A DNA stretch of 64,000 nucleotides from Octopus sinensis (taxonomy: Eukaryota). The position numbers and the translations under genes are program-made. The stretch is taken from positions 7,192,001-7,256,000 of the forward strand of contig NC_043016.1 of NCBI RefSeq assembly GCF_006345805.1, given 5' to 3'. Below, one piece after another: positions 63,646-64,000 of the stretch (its first letter is position 1; each line of letters opens with the position of its first letter). Below the pieces are notes generated by a model. The model did not search any database. It was not told where the DNA came from and saw only the letters and a program-made list of their open reading frames with translations.

Positions 63646-64000
63646 GCCATTCTTATAAAAGGGCTTTGGATTAATATTGTTCGAGCATTGAACAAACATC
63701 TCTTTTCATTCTAGATTCAAATTCTACTGAGGTAATCTTTACTTATTGTCCCTGGGGGGGGGGGGGGGGATACAATAAAGTACTGTCAAGTGCTTGAATC
63801 AATGGTACTGACCTACTCCTTCCTCAAAATTTTGGGCTTGGGCCTGAATTGGAACCATTATTATTATTATTATCATTACATTTTATTGATGATATAATTG
63901 TTAATTGTTTTTCTATTCATTAAATAAACCTATAACTGAAAGGTACATACATACATACATACATATGTATATATATATGTGTGTGTGTGTGTGTAGTAAA

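Overview
AT-rich, repeat-dense eukaryotic DNA. The SINE/LINE content and (TA)n/(CA)n density suggest a coleoid cephalopod (Octopus-like); this is inference. The only host gene I can support is the 3' part of a + strand polypeptide N-acetylgalactosaminyltransferase of the GALNT10/pgant6 subfamily: 7 GT-AG exons from 16845 to the stop at 57036, encoding the end of the catalytic domain and the ricin-type lectin domain. Its 5' exons were not found and probably lie upstream of the window. The rest is intron or downstream sequence filled with two Helitrons, mariner/pogo/hAT/piggyBac-type elements, RTE, CR1, CR1-Zenon/Jockey-like and R4-like LINE remnants, several tRNA-derived SINE families, and micro/minisatellites including a 3.7 kb GT-rich tract. 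Highlights: an internally deleted 7SL RNA copy fused to a SINE; one near-canonical and several decayed minimal hammerhead ribozyme motifs associated with fold-back (Penelope-like) termini; a 1.7 kb cassette bounded by about 138-bp inverted repeats carrying a C2H2 zinc-finger ORF and a hammerhead; and a 131-bp target-site duplication. Nearly all ORFs in the supplied track are microsatellite or repeat artefacts. Family names come from motif recall, not database searches; repeat boundaries are approximate.
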